The translations under genes and the position numbers were made by a program. This document shows, piece by piece, positions 47,540-57,134 of a DNA stretch of 64,000 nucleotides. The notes below the pieces were generated by a model, which had not been told where the DNA came from, ran no database searches, and worked only from the letters and a program-made list of their open reading frames with translations. Where the stretch lies: assembly GCA_964416425.1 (NCBI GenBank), contig CAYQEC010000005.1, forward strand, positions 9,328 to 73,327. Reading direction: 5' to 3'. The stretch comes from an uncultured Acidimicrobiaceae bacterium. Its GTDB lineage: Bacteria > Actinomycetota > Acidimicrobiia > Spongiisociales > UBA5794. Numbering within the stretch: the first letter of the stretch is position 1; every line of letters starts with the position of its first letter.

Positions 47540-47895
47540 GGCGCCACCTCCTGCACCGCCTCACCTCGCAGGCTGAACGACCATGCCGGCAACCCGGGCA
47601 GCGGGCTGTGGAGAGTGGCGTCGGCCACCGCCACCAGATTCCCGGACACCGGGTCGATCTCACAGGTGATCGACACCTCGTCTCCGAGGGGCCCGCCCAG
47701 TAGCGCATCGAGGGCGTTCTCGGCCCGAGCGTCGCACGCCACGACCCCGGCGCCGGCCCGCGACCCGGCCCGCACCGCCTCGTCGGCGGCAGACCGCACC
47801 ACGCTACGGGCATACAGGAAGGTGAGGACGTTGACGAGCACCATCGCCGTGAGCACGGTGAAGGCGATGGCGAGCAGCGTCGTCACCGTCGTCAT
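47536..47895 (-). CDS. TadE-like pseudopilin
   Basis: The start is at MTTVTTLLAIAFTVLTAMVLVNV. Confidence 0.65.
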   Translation of the reverse strand: MTTVTTLLAIAFTVLTAMVLVNVLTFLYARSVVRSAADEAVRAGSRAGAGVVACDARAENALDALLGGPLGDEVSITCEIDPVSGNLVAVADATLHSPLPGLPAWSFSLRGEAVQEVAP

Positions 47896-47941
47896 CCCGG
47901 CCTCGTCCCGTCGCAGGCGGCAGCCGCCCGCCTGAGACGGC

Positions 47942-48148
47942 TCAGGGACAGGCACCACCGATCCCGATCTGGTCCCGGATCCAGCACAGCACATCGACGC
48001 CGAGGGCCTGCATGATGCCGACGGTCGCCATGATGGCGATCACCGTCACCACGATCCAGGCGAAGATCTGGGCGCTCTCCACCGCGCCCCGCTGCTCGGC
48101 GCCGACCCTGCCGGCGATTCGTCCCATTCGTCTCCACACGGTTCTCAT
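47942..48148 (-). CDS. flp: Flp-family type IVb pilin
   Basis: The 68 aa product has a G/AVE cleavage-like motif (EQRGAVESAQIF) followed by a hydrophobic helix (AWIVVTVIAIMATVGIM). Confidence 0.65.
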   Translation of the reverse strand: MRTVWRRMGRIAGRVGAEQRGAVESAQIFAWIVVTVIAIMATVGIMQALGVDVLCWIRDQIGIGGACP

Positions 48149-48197
48149 TGGCTCCCTCCTGCACGGTCGGCATCGGACGTCACGGTTGGATTCACGG

Positions 48198-49160
48198 TCA
48201 ACCCCCTTGGAAGATCAGGCTCGGGATCGGCGCCCCGATGAACAGCAGCACGATCGGGGCCAGCACCACGACGATGGGAATCACCATCATCAGGCGCCGG
48301 CGAGAAGCGGCCCTTTGCAGGTCCTCGCGGCGGGCGGCCCGCAGGTCGCGGCTCAGGTCGAGCAGCGTCTCCCCCAGGTCGGCGCCGCGGTCCTGGGCGG
48401 TCGCCAGCACCGAGTAGGTGCGGGCCGCTTCCGGCTCGGGCGTGAGACGGATCGCCCGCTGCAGGGCGCGCGACAGCGCCATCCCCGACTCGTGGAGACG
48501 CAGCACCTCGGCCAGCTCGTCGACGAAGGCGCCGTGACCGCGCACCACGACGTGGCGGATGGCGTCGAGCACCCCGCCACCGACCCTGGTCCGCATCGCG
48601 ATGAGCTGGTTGATCGTGTACAACTCGCCCCGGATCCGTTCCCGCCGCGCCAGGATCGCCTTGTCGACCCGGCTCCGGGCCTGCAGCACCCCGAGCACGA
48701 AGCCCGCCCCGCCGAAGATCACCATCCAGGCCGGGTCGCGGATCAGCAGCCCGAGGAACCCGAGACCGACCGCCATAGCCACGGCCCGCACGAACGCCCG
48801 GATGCGGAACTCCTGGACTCGCTGCACCTCGGGGAGGTCGGGGTAGAGGCCGGCCTGGCGTAGCCGCACCGCGAGGCGCTCGACGTTGGAGGCCGAGATG
48901 AGCCGGGCGAACCCACGCACCATGCCGTCGAGCACCGGCCCGAACAGCCGGCGCAGCGTCCCGTCGCCGAGGACCGGCCCGGCCGTCGCCGCGCCGTGCA
49001 CGTCGGCGGGGCGGGTCAGCCTCACCCGGGTGACCGTCGTGTAGGGGCGGACCCGCCCGGCGAGGGGACGCAGCGGTCGCGCCACCACCCACACCGCCGA
49101 GGCGACGAACAGCAGCGAGGAGGCGATCGCGACCAGCTCGAGTGGGGTGAGGTCGGTCAT
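48198..49160 (-). CDS. tadC: Tad pilus assembly inner-membrane protein TadC (T2SSF family)
   Basis: The ATG at 49160 overlaps the tadB stop (ATGA). A T2SSF domain is present. Confidence 0.8.
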   Translation of the reverse strand: MTDLTPLELVAIASSLLFVASAVWVVARPLRPLAGRVRPYTTVTRVRLTRPADVHGAATAGPVLGDGTLRRLFGPVLDGMVRGFARLISASNVERLAVRLRQAGLYPDLPEVQRVQEFRIRAFVRAVAMAVGLGFLGLLIRDPAWMVIFGGAGFVLGVLQARSRVDKAILARRERIRGELYTINQLIAMRTRVGGGVLDAIRHVVVRGHGAFVDELAEVLRLHESGMALSRALQRAIRLTPEPEAARTYSVLATAQDRGADLGETLLDLSRDLRAARREDLQRAASRRRLMMVIPIVVVLAPIVLLFIGAPIPSLIFQGG

Positions 49161-50065
49161 CGCGCCCCCGCCTTGTCCCGCTCGGCGGTGAGGGTCGACC
49201 CGCCGCCGAAGACCCGCACCTCCTCGGTGCGGCGGGAGATAACCCGCAGCAACACCCACCCCACCACCGCCCATGCCCCGGCGAGCAGCACTACGAAGCG
49301 GCCCTGGGGAGAGCGGTAGAACTCGCGGTACGCCTCGGGCACCGTCGCCAGGAACAGCAGGATCACCCACGGGGCCACCGCCACGACGACACTCTCCAGC
49401 CGCTGCTCGAGACCGGCGGTGCGGATCTGCTCGGCGGTGAGCTGGTCGGCCACCATCGTCTCGATGAGGTCGCGCAGCACCACCTGGAGGGTTTCCCCGC
49501 CATGCTGGTGGGCCAGCACCAGCACCTCGATCACCTTGTCGGAGGAGGGATCGGCCAGTTCCTCCTTGATGATCTCCAGCGCCGGCACCACCCCGAGCAT
49601 GCGGGCCTGCATCGGGAAGCGGGCGAACGCCTCCTGCAACGGCGCCGGACCGCGGTCGGCCAGCGCCTCGATGCCGTTCGCCAGCGTCGCTCCCGAGTTG
49701 ACGTGGGCCAGGATCTCGCGCAAGCCGTCGGGCCACGACCGCTGCACCTCGGCGAGGCGACGGGCCCGTTGCCGGCCGTACTGCAGGTAAGGGGCGCAGG
49801 ACACGGCGACGGCCGGGATCAAGGCCACCCACCAGGTGCCTGCCAGCACCAGGAAGGCGAGGAAGGCGACCAGTCCGGCACCGATCGAGCCGACCCAGAA
49901 CTGGCGGGGGGTGAGGTCGGATCCCGCCTGGAGCAGCCAGAGTTGGCGGCGCGACACCTGGGGGCGGCGGGTGGTCCGGGCGGTCGGGTTGGGGGCCAAC
50001 CCGGCGAGGTGGGCCACCGCCAGGTAGGCGAACGCCGCCGAGCTGAGCGCAGCCAGCAGCCTCAC
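49157..50065 (-). CDS. tadB: Tad pilus assembly inner-membrane protein TadB (T2SSF family)
   Basis: A GTG at 50065 gives VRLLAALSSAAFAYLAV, with a GTGA overlap onto cpaF. The 751 aa track ORF is an artefact. Confidence 0.8.
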   Translation of the reverse strand: MRLLAALSSAAFAYLAVAHLAGLAPNPTARTTRRPQVSRRQLWLLQAGSDLTPRQFWVGSIGAGLVAFLAFLVLAGTWWVALIPAVAVSCAPYLQYGRQRARRLAEVQRSWPDGLREILAHVNSGATLANGIEALADRGPAPLQEAFARFPMQARMLGVVPALEIIKEELADPSSDKVIEVLVLAHQHGGETLQVVLRDLIETMVADQLTAEQIRTAGLEQRLESVVVAVAPWVILLFLATVPEAYREFYRSPQGRFVVLLAGAWAVVGWVLLRVISRRTEEVRVFGGGSTLTAERDKAGAR

Positions 50066-51369
50066 AGCCCCGGCCTCCAGGCGCCGTTCAGGATGTTGGC
50101 CACCGAGGCACCTTCGGGCAGCGCCCGGTCGATGCGGTCGACCATCGGCTCGGGCGGGAAGGTGCCGGTCCAGCGCATCGGCTCGCCGAGGGCGGCCCGA
50201 CGGAAGACCGGCTCGGTGGTGAAGTCGTCGGTCGCCAGCGACGGGGTGACCGCCAGGATCTCGGCGACTTGGCGGCGGATGCCCCGGTCGCCGTTCTCGG
50301 GCCGGCGCATGTCCCGTTCCAGGTGTACCACGAAGTCGATCGAGCCGGCGAAGACCTTGCGCACGATCGGCTCGGTGACGTTCTCGCCGGCCATGATGGC
50401 GGCGTTGACGATGGCGGCGAGGGCGTCGCGGGCCGAGTTGGCGTGCACGGTGCAGGCGAAGCCGCAGCCGGCGTTGACCGCCCGGGTCAGCTCGAATGCT
50501 TCGGCGCCCCGCACCTCGCCGACGCAGAGCAGGTCGACCCGTTGTGCCAGGCTCACCTTCACCAGGTCCCGCAACGAGTAGCGGCGCGATCCCTCCAGGG
50601 TCACCGGCGACGCCTCGTAGTAGCTGCTGTGGGGTGAGAGCGGGATGTGCAGCTCGCGCACCTCCTCGCAGATGCGGATGCATTGGTCGTCGGGCACGGC
50701 GCGCAGCCAGGCGCTCATGAAGGTGCTCTTGCCGGCGCCGGTCGCTCCCGAGAACAGGATCGAGGTCGAGGCCTGCGCCGCCGCCCACAGGAACGCCGCC
50801 GCGGTGCGACTCACCGACCCCAGCTCCACCATCGAGGCCAGGGTCTCGTCGGCGACGGTGTACTTGCGGATCGTCGCCGAGAGGCGGGCCGACACCGGCG
50901 GCACCACCGCGGTGAGGCGGGCGGTGCCGTCGAGCACGTGGGCTTGCTCGATGGCGTTGGAGCTGTCGAGGCGCCGGTTGGTGCCGGCGAGGAGGCGGTC
51001 GACGACCTGACGCAGCTCCGCCTCCGAGGTCGACGCGATGAGGGAGCGGAGCTCCCCGGAGTCGTCGATGTAGGAGACCCGGTCGCCCTCGAGGAACACC
51101 TCCTCCACCGCCGGGTTCTCCAGCAGCTCGGTGAGCGGTCCGAACCCGGCGACCGCCTGCCACAGGCGGCGCTCCATGTCGGCCGGGTCGCGCAGCGGCT
51201 CGGCGAGGCCCTTGTGGGCGTTCGACTGGTAGTCGCCGACGACGCCGCGGATCACCTGCTGCACCCCGTCGGATTGACTCCGGACGTCGAGCTTGCGGTC
51301 CTCGATCCGCTCCACCGCCTGCTCCCGCAGCCGCTCGTAGGCGCTCGGGGCCCTGGTCGGCGGGGTCAC
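50062..51369 (-). CDS. cpaF: CpaF/TadA secretion ATPase
   Basis: The Walker A is GATGAGKST, and T2SSE motifs are present. A GTG start overlaps the cpaE stop. Confidence 0.9.
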   Translation of the reverse strand: MTPPTRAPSAYERLREQAVERIEDRKLDVRSQSDGVQQVIRGVVGDYQSNAHKGLAEPLRDPADMERRLWQAVAGFGPLTELLENPAVEEVFLEGDRVSYIDDSGELRSLIASTSEAELRQVVDRLLAGTNRRLDSSNAIEQAHVLDGTARLTAVVPPVSARLSATIRKYTVADETLASMVELGSVSRTAAAFLWAAAQASTSILFSGATGAGKSTFMSAWLRAVPDDQCIRICEEVRELHIPLSPHSSYYEASPVTLEGSRRYSLRDLVKVSLAQRVDLLCVGEVRGAEAFELTRAVNAGCGFACTVHANSARDALAAIVNAAIMAGENVTEPIVRKVFAGSIDFVVHLERDMRRPENGDRGIRRQVAEILAVTPSLATDDFTTEPVFRRAALGEPMRWTGTFPPEPMVDRIDRALPEGASVANILNGAWRPGL

Positions 51370-52631
51370 GCCGGAGTCTCCGAGGGCGGTGCGGTGGCAC
51401 GGCGCCCGGCACCGAGGGTCGCCACCAGCACGTCGAGCGCCCTGGTGAACCGTCGCGCCGCCACCACCTCGCCCTGCCAGGCGGCCGTGCGCACCCGCGG
51501 CTCGTCGGGGAGAAAGCTCACCGAAGCGGCGGGGAAGGTACGGGTGATCTCCTCGATGAGCTCCCCCCGCTGGTAGATGCTGCGGGCGCACCGGTTCATC
51601 ACCACGTGGACCGGCGCCGGCGACAGGGTCCGGGCGTCCCCGATCCAGGCCAGGGTGGCGGTGACGCCAGTGGGGGACGGCTCGCCGACGACGACCAGAT
51701 GGTCAGCGGTCCCCACCAGGACCCGGGACACCCCGAAGCGGCCGGCCCCGGCCCCGAACGTGGTCAGGTCCTCCAGGTGGCGCCCGACCCGCACCACCAC
51801 GTGGCGGAAGGCCGCCGCCAGCTCGGTCACGAGATCCAGCGCCTCGTCATCCCGGCACGCCTCCCATTCCCGCGGGCTGGGAAGCCCTCCGATGACGGCG
51901 AAGCCCTCCGGGTGGGAGGTGAAGGAGCCGTCGAGCGTGCCGCCGAAACGGAGACTCTCGACCGCGGTGAACACGTTGGGGGTGAGGTCGAGGCCGAGCC
52001 GCTGGCACACCGCCGGTTCCAGGGTGTCGAAGTCGACCAGTACCGTCGACTGGGCACGGCGGGCGAAGCGGGCGGCGAGGCCGACGGCTACCTCGGTGGC
52101 GCCGCCCTGCCCACTCACGACCACGACGCCGCGGGCCCCGGCCTCGGACTCGGAGCGGATCGGGGACCCGGTGTCGTGCGGCCCCGAGGACTGGCCGCCC
52201 GGTGGCGTATCGTCCCGGCCCTCGACCGTCACGATCCCGGTGAAGGCCCGGTCGAACTGACGCTGCTCGGTGATCGAGCGGATCCGGGCCAGGAAGTCGC
52301 GGGGGGAGGCGTCGGCCCGCAGGGTGTCGTCGACCCCCATGGCGAGCAACTTGTCCCGGCCCAGCTCGCCCCGCTCCCCGTCGTAGACGCCGATCACGAT
52401 GCGGTGGCGTCCCTGCACCCGGGCCACCAGCCGCTGGCTGAGGAAGCTCGACGAGTCGTCGATGACGAGCACGTCGTAGTCGCTCTCGAGTGCGTCGCGG
52501 GTCGACAGCACCGTGCCGACCACCCGCACCCCGGCGTGGTCGCGGGCGTAGCTCATGAGATCGGCCACCCAGGGACGCTGCGACGAGCTGAGGGCGACCG
52601 CCGGCTCCCGCTGCATCGGCCGCGCCGTCAC
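51366..52631 (-). CDS. CpaE/TadZ-like pilus assembly ATPase (receiver-like N-terminus + atypical ParA/MinD domain)
   Basis: The product has VVVVSGQGGATEVAVGLAARFA, the atypical Walker A typical of TadZ. Confidence 0.75.
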   Translation of the reverse strand: MTARPMQREPAVALSSSQRPWVADLMSYARDHAGVRVVGTVLSTRDALESDYDVLVIDDSSSFLSQRLVARVQGRHRIVIGVYDGERGELGRDKLLAMGVDDTLRADASPRDFLARIRSITEQRQFDRAFTGIVTVEGRDDTPPGGQSSGPHDTGSPIRSESEAGARGVVVVSGQGGATEVAVGLAARFARRAQSTVLVDFDTLEPAVCQRLGLDLTPNVFTAVESLRFGGTLDGSFTSHPEGFAVIGGLPSPREWEACRDDEALDLVTELAAAFRHVVVRVGRHLEDLTTFGAGAGRFGVSRVLVGTADHLVVVGEPSPTGVTATLAWIGDARTLSPAPVHVVMNRCARSIYQRGELIEEITRTFPAASVSFLPDEPRVRTAAWQGEVVAARRFTRALDVLVATLGAGRRATAPPSETPA

Positions 52632-53380
52632 GACCCACCCTCTTCCGATGGCTCCGGCGCGGGGTCGCCGCCGGCGGTGGCCTGCTCCAAGGTGGGATCG
52701 GGCGCCCCGGTGGAGCGGATGAGATGAACCTCCCCCGAGTCGAGGGCGGCGGCGATCCGCAAGGCGTCCTCGTCGGTGACCGCCAGGGTCGGGGTCCAGC
52801 TCGAGGTGGCCCCGAGAGCCCGGGAGTCGACCGTGGGGGTGTCGATCACTTCGACGTCGACGGCGACGAAGCGGGCCAGGCCCGCCTCGACCACGACCAC
52901 GTCGACCCGGTCGCCGCGGCGGAGGCTCCCTGCGACCGCCCGGCCCTTGTCGACGGGGACGCTCATCGCCCGAAGGCCGTCCTGGGTCTCCACCGCCCGG
53001 ACGTCGGAGACCAGGATCGGCTCACCGGGAGCGATGGTACGGGTGGCGACGCTGCCGACCGCCGCCTCGATCTGGTCGGCAGCGAGCAGGTGGTCGGAGA
53101 GGAGCCGGTCGGCGGGGATGCGTCGCACGGTGACGAGACCGTCGGTGATCGCCATGCCGGAGCGGATCTCCCCGCCGGCGACGGCGACGGCGATCGTGGC
53201 CTGGTTGCCGCGGATCACCGCCAAGTTGAAGACGAGGGCGAGCAGCCCGGCGAGCACCATCAGCACGTGGCCCAACTTGACCCGCGACAGCGGGTTGCGT
53301 TTTGGCGGCTCCTGCTCTTCGAGCGCAGTCAGGCGGCCGCCAGTTCCGGTCGATCGCTCAGCCACTTCCCCCTCCCCCAC
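52628..53380 (-). CDS. cpaB: Flp pilus assembly protein CpaB/RcpC (SAF domain)
   Basis: The product has an N-terminal TM helix followed by SAF/RcpC-like beta domains. Confidence 0.75.
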   Translation of the reverse strand: MGEGEVAERSTGTGGRLTALEEQEPPKRNPLSRVKLGHVLMVLAGLLALVFNLAVIRGNQATIAVAVAGGEIRSGMAITDGLVTVRRIPADRLLSDHLLAADQIEAAVGSVATRTIAPGEPILVSDVRAVETQDGLRAMSVPVDKGRAVAGSLRRGDRVDVVVVEAGLARFVAVDVEVIDTPTVDSRALGATSSWTPTLAVTDEDALRIAAALDSGEVHLIRSTGAPDPTLEQATAGGDPAPEPSEEGGS

Positions 53381-53510
53381 TCGGACTCATGGGTCCGCGG
53401 AGCCCGTCAGAATCGGCGCTGCGGCGGACCATACCAAGCCATGGAAAAGGCCACCAATCCGCAATGCCACCCTCGGTGGTCGCGTGACTCATTGTGAGGC
53501 AATGCTATCC

Positions 53511-53526
53511 AACGTTAGAATACGTT
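53511..53526. promoter_or_regulatory. Palindrome AACGT-TAGAAT-ACGTT in the Tad operon upstream region
   Basis: A perfect 5 bp inverted repeat flanks a TAGAAT hexamer, ~130 nt upstream of cpaB, in the only AT-richer patch of the region. Confidence 0.35.
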
Positions 53527-53764
53527 ATCATGTCTTGCATGCGCCAGGCAATTCGTGGATAGCGAAAGGCGGCAGACCCGCTGCGGCCAGATGCGCCCCG
53601 GGGTGGGTCAGGAGTGAGCATCCATCAGCTGTCCGTACGATGCGCCTTCGCCACGTCGAGAAGTGATGGCCACAGGAGCGCGAGACGAACGATGGAGCTT
53701 CCGCGTCACGCCGCGGAGCGGCACACTCGTGCGCCAAGCCGCCACTCGGCCCAACGCCAGGCCC

Positions 53765-54259
53765 TCAGTAGCGTTCCTGGTGCACCAGCTCGGCGAGCGG
53801 CTTGCGGCCTCCTGCCCGGCGCGGACCCGCCGTGGGCTCCCGGTAGCCGAGGGCGACGGCGTAGCGGCAGCGCCGCCCCTCCCCCAGTCCCAGCACCTCG
53901 GCGGCGACCTCGGAGTGGTGCAGGGTGACCGGACAGCTCGCCACACCGATGGCGTCGGCGGCCAGCATGATGTTCTGCGCCAACCGGCCCGAGTCGAACT
54001 CGTTTCCTTCCGGCTCCTCGACGATGGCGATCACGGTCGGGGCATCGTGGACGGGCCGGGTGTAGTTGCCGGCCCGGCACAACTGCTCCTTCTGCTCCGG
54101 GTCCTGTATGACCACGAAGGCCCACTCCTGCCGGTTCTTCGAACTCCCGGTCCAGCGTGCCGCCTCCAGGATGGCCGTCAGGTCGTCGTCGGTGAGCTGG
54201 TCGGGGCGAAAGCCGCGGATTGCCCGTAGATGGAGGATCCGCCGGTACGTGTCGTTCAT
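53765..54259 (-). CDS. Nitroreductase family protein
   Basis: The product includes RAIRGFRPDQLTDDDLTAILEAARWTGSSKNRQEW. Confidence 0.85.
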   Translation of the reverse strand: MNDTYRRILHLRAIRGFRPDQLTDDDLTAILEAARWTGSSKNRQEWAFVVIQDPEQKEQLCRAGNYTRPVHDAPTVIAIVEEPEGNEFDSGRLAQNIMLAADAIGVASCPVTLHHSEVAAEVLGLGEGRRCRYAVALGYREPTAGPRRAGGRKPLAELVHQERY

Positions 54260-54269
54260 GGCACCGAGG

Positions 54270-55004
54270 CTACCCGCTGCCGTCGCCCTTCGACCCCCGC
54301 GATCGCATCGAGCGCGACTCGAGCGGGCGCAAGACGAGCAGGGCGGTCAACATCCCGAGCAACGCCGCCGGCAGCAGGTTCAGGCGCATTTCCTCCACGA
54401 TTCCGAGGAAGGCGAACCCGACCACCTCCAACGGAGTCGTCGGGTAGGACGCGGCACCCGCCCCGGTGACGAAGGACACCGGCGGCAGAGTGGGAACGGA
54501 CGGTCGGGCATCTTCGGCCGGGGCCTCGCCCGCCGGAGGGTCAGCCCCCGGCGGTGGGGCCTCGTCGCCGACCAGCGTGGTGGTGGTGGTCATGGTGGTG
54601 GTCGTGGTCGCCGGGGGTGGGGCGGTAGTCGTGGGGGACGCCGGCGGGACCGTCGTAGTCGTGGTCGTCACCGGCGGGACCGTCGTGGTCGTGGTCGTCA
54701 CCGGCGGGACCGTCGTGGTCGTGGTCGTCACCGGCGGGACCGTCGTGGTCGTGTCGCCCGGCTCCGGGTCGTCCTTGACGTCCTTTGGCTTCTTCGGCTT
54801 CTTCACGTCCGGGGCTCCGTCGCCTTCGCCGTCGTCGTACCAGAAGAACGCCGCAACGACCGAGGTCGCCTCGCTCCCAGCGCCGATGGAGAGGATGCCC
54901 TGCGCCGCGGTGCCCGTGGCAGGCTGGGCCGCCGCCGGGGAACCAACGCCGACGACGAGGCCGAACACGAGCCAGAGGCCGACGATGGCAGGCCACCGCC
55001 TCAT
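54270..55004 (-). CDS. Thr/Pro-repeat protein with a signal peptide and a C-terminal TM anchor
   Basis: The product begins MRRWPAIVGLWLVFGLVVGVGSPAAA and contains KKPKKPKDVKDDPEPGDTTTTVPPV followed by three (TTTTTVPPV) repeats. A C-terminal helix follows. The start overlaps the histidine kinase stop (ATGA). Confidence 0.7.
   Translation of the reverse strand: MRRWPAIVGLWLVFGLVVGVGSPAAAQPATGTAAQGILSIGAGSEATSVVAAFFWYDDGEGDGAPDVKKPKKPKDVKDDPEPGDTTTTVPPVTTTTTTVPPVTTTTTTVPPVTTTTTTVPPASPTTTAPPPATTTTTMTTTTTLVGDEAPPPGADPPAGEAPAEDARPSVPTLPPVSFVTGAGAASYPTTPLEVVGFAFLGIVEEMRLNLLPAALLGMLTALLVLRPLESRSMRSRGSKGDGSG
54637..54756. repeat. About four 30 bp tandem repeats (gtcaccggcgggaccgtcgtggtcgtggtc) inside the Thr/Pro-repeat gene
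   Basis: There are three perfect copies and one degenerate copy, all in-frame. Confidence 0.85.
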
Positions 55005-56458
55005 TCGCCCACCTCCTCGCCGACCATCGCCCGCGGCCAGCCGTGCTCCTCCTCGAACCCCGGGGCGAGGCCGAGCCGCACCCGGAACTCGCTCCAACCC
55101 TCCACCCGGGTGTACTCCAGCTCGCCGCCCATCCGCTCGACCAGGCCCCGCGCCACCGCCAAGCCCATGCCGAGGCTGCCGGCGAGCAGCGCCCGGTTCC
55201 CGTGATTCACGAAGGGCTCGAAGAGGTGGCCGACGATCTCCGGGTCCACCCCGGGCCCGTCGTCGGCCACGGTGATCTCGAACCACTCCCCGGCGACAAT
55301 CCCGGTCAGTTTGGTGGTGGGCCCGCCATGGCGGCGGGCGTTCGACAGCAGGTTGCGGATGACATGAGGAATGTAGATCGCCGCTCCCAGCACGAAGGCA
55401 GGCGGGCAGTCGAGCTCCACGTAGTGGCCGATGCCCGATGCGTCGTCACACAATTCCCGGAGCAGCGGGCGCACCGCGATCGTCCGGATCGGCGCCGGCC
55501 CGGCATCCCGGCTCAACCGGGTGAAGGCGAGGGCGTCCTCTACCAGGCGGGTCAGCTCCGTCGCCTCAGTGTGCAGAGTGCCGATGAGGTCGCGCTGCAG
55601 AACGGGTATCTCCGGATCATCTCGCAGCAGGTCCCCGATCCCGACGATTCCGGTGAGCGGCGTGCGCAGCTGGTGCGACAGGCCGGCGAGCAGATCCTCC
55701 TTCGCCCGGCTCACCTCACGCTGGGCGCCCAGTTCGCTCGCCGACCGAATCGCCTGCTCCCGCAACTTCTTGCGGGCGTAGCGCCGGTAGCCCAGCATCG
55801 CCAGCGCCGGGATCACCAGCAGCAGCAGCCAGCGCAACACGCCGGCGACCCTGCCGGCAGCCGCCTCGGAGACGGCGATGGCAGAGGCGACCTCGTCCTG
55901 GCGCGCCGTGCCCAGCTCGACGAGGTCGAGGCGCCGCGGCGCGAGCTGGACGACCCGGGTTTCGGAGGCAGCCGCGAGGTCTCCCGTCGTGATCAGCGCC
56001 AGCGTTTGGCCCGCAGTAGCGAGGTACTCGGAAACGGCGGCGTCGAGGTCGCCGCCCGGATTGCCGGCCCCATCCCGCCAGGCGGAGACTTCGTCGAGGT
56101 GAAGGCGCGTCGCATCCGCCGCGGCCGCCACGTCCTCCGGGGTCGCGGCGCCCTCCTCCTCGAGCCGTGCCTCGCTGAGGGTGGCGCCGACCGACTCCCA
56201 GGAGATCTCGGTGTAGCCCAGCATCCCGTTGGCCCAGTGCAGCGCTTCGGCGTTGGTGGCGACTCGCTGGGCGGCGTTGGTAGACGAGAAGGCAACCGCG
56301 GTGACCAGGAGCAGGGTGGCGCCGAGCGTCGCCAAGGCGAATGCGCCGGCGCGTCGCCGACGCTCGACGGCGCCTTCCTCCCGGTTACGGTATTCCACCC
56401 TTGCATATCGGCACGAGGAGGCGAAACCCTTAAGGCGCCAACCAGGTTCTGTGAACAA
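55001..56458 (-). CDS. Sensor histidine kinase (two TM, extracytoplasmic sensor)
   Basis: The H-box is LAGLSHQLRTPLTGI, the N-box is IRNLLSNARRHG, and the G-boxes are DDGPGV and GMGLAVARGLV. Confidence 0.9.
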   Translation of the reverse strand: MFTEPGWRLKGFASSCRYARVEYRNREEGAVERRRRAGAFALATLGATLLLVTAVAFSSTNAAQRVATNAEALHWANGMLGYTEISWESVGATLSEARLEEEGAATPEDVAAAADATRLHLDEVSAWRDGAGNPGGDLDAAVSEYLATAGQTLALITTGDLAAASETRVVQLAPRRLDLVELGTARQDEVASAIAVSEAAAGRVAGVLRWLLLLVIPALAMLGYRRYARKKLREQAIRSASELGAQREVSRAKEDLLAGLSHQLRTPLTGIVGIGDLLRDDPEIPVLQRDLIGTLHTEATELTRLVEDALAFTRLSRDAGPAPIRTIAVRPLLRELCDDASGIGHYVELDCPPAFVLGAAIYIPHVIRNLLSNARRHGGPTTKLTGIVAGEWFEITVADDGPGVDPEIVGHLFEPFVNHGNRALLAGSLGMGLAVARGLVERMGGELEYTRVEGWSEFRVRLGLAPGFEEEHGWPRAMVGEEVGE

Positions 56459-56578
56459 ACAGCCGGCGGGGACCCGATCTCCTAGCTCAAACCGGCCGGT
56501 GCCGGGTCAGCGTTTGCCCCATCGACCGGCCCGCGAGACGCGACCCGGGAGGGCAGGCGGTACGGTAGCGATCCGAAG

Positions 56579-56950
56579 ATGAACGAACCCGTACGCGCGC
56601 TCGTCGTCGAGGACACCCAGATCCTCGGTCGGCTCATCACATCGAGTCTGCGAGGGCTCGGATGCGAGATCGAAAGCTCGGCGCGCTACGCCGACGCTCT
56701 CCGCCGGCTCCAGACGGGAACCGCCGACCTGGCCATCATCGACATCTACCTTCCCGACGGCTCCGGCATCGAACTGGTGCGCCAGGCCCGCAAGCTGGAC
56801 ACCTCGCCGGCCATCATCGTGCTCACCGCCGATGCTCGCCTCGGCACCCTCCAGGAGGCGAAGGAAGCCGGCGCCGACGTGGTCATGACCAAACCGTTCC
56901 GCCGCGACGAGTTACGGGAGGCGGTGCAGCAGCTCATCGACAGGGACTGA
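56579..56950 (+). CDS. Single-domain response regulator (CheY-like receiver only)
   Basis: The receiver motifs are LVVEDTQ, DLAIIDIYLPDGSG and VVMTKPF. No output domain is present. Confidence 0.9.
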   Translation: MNEPVRALVVEDTQILGRLITSSLRGLGCEIESSARYADALRRLQTGTADLAIIDIYLPDGSGIELVRQARKLDTSPAIIVLTADARLGTLQEAKEAGADVVMTKPFRRDELREAVQQLIDRD

Positions 56951-56987
56951 AGACCTCCGCGGGAGGAGGAATGCTCCCCCAACGAGC

Positions 56988-57017
56988 AACGGGCCGGCGC
57001 GGGCACGCCGGCCCGTT
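56988..57017. terminator. Bidirectional terminator hairpin between the response-regulator gene and fadE
   Basis: An 11 bp perfect stem AACGGGCCGGC/GCCGGCCCGTT with an 8 nt loop lies between convergent genes. Confidence 0.5.
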
Positions 57018-57134
57018 GCGTTGTGGCGGTGGCGCCGGTCCGTCTCGGATACACCGGGACGGTCGTCGCCGGGGCCCGGGGACGACCCGTCTCTTCTCGT
57101 CGCCCGGTCCCCTGCGGCTTCGAGCCGCAACCTC

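Noticed and set aside
49157-51412. 751 aa ORF
   Set aside because: Only the last 303 codons (tadB, GTG at 50065) are protein-like. The remainder is antisense to cpaF.
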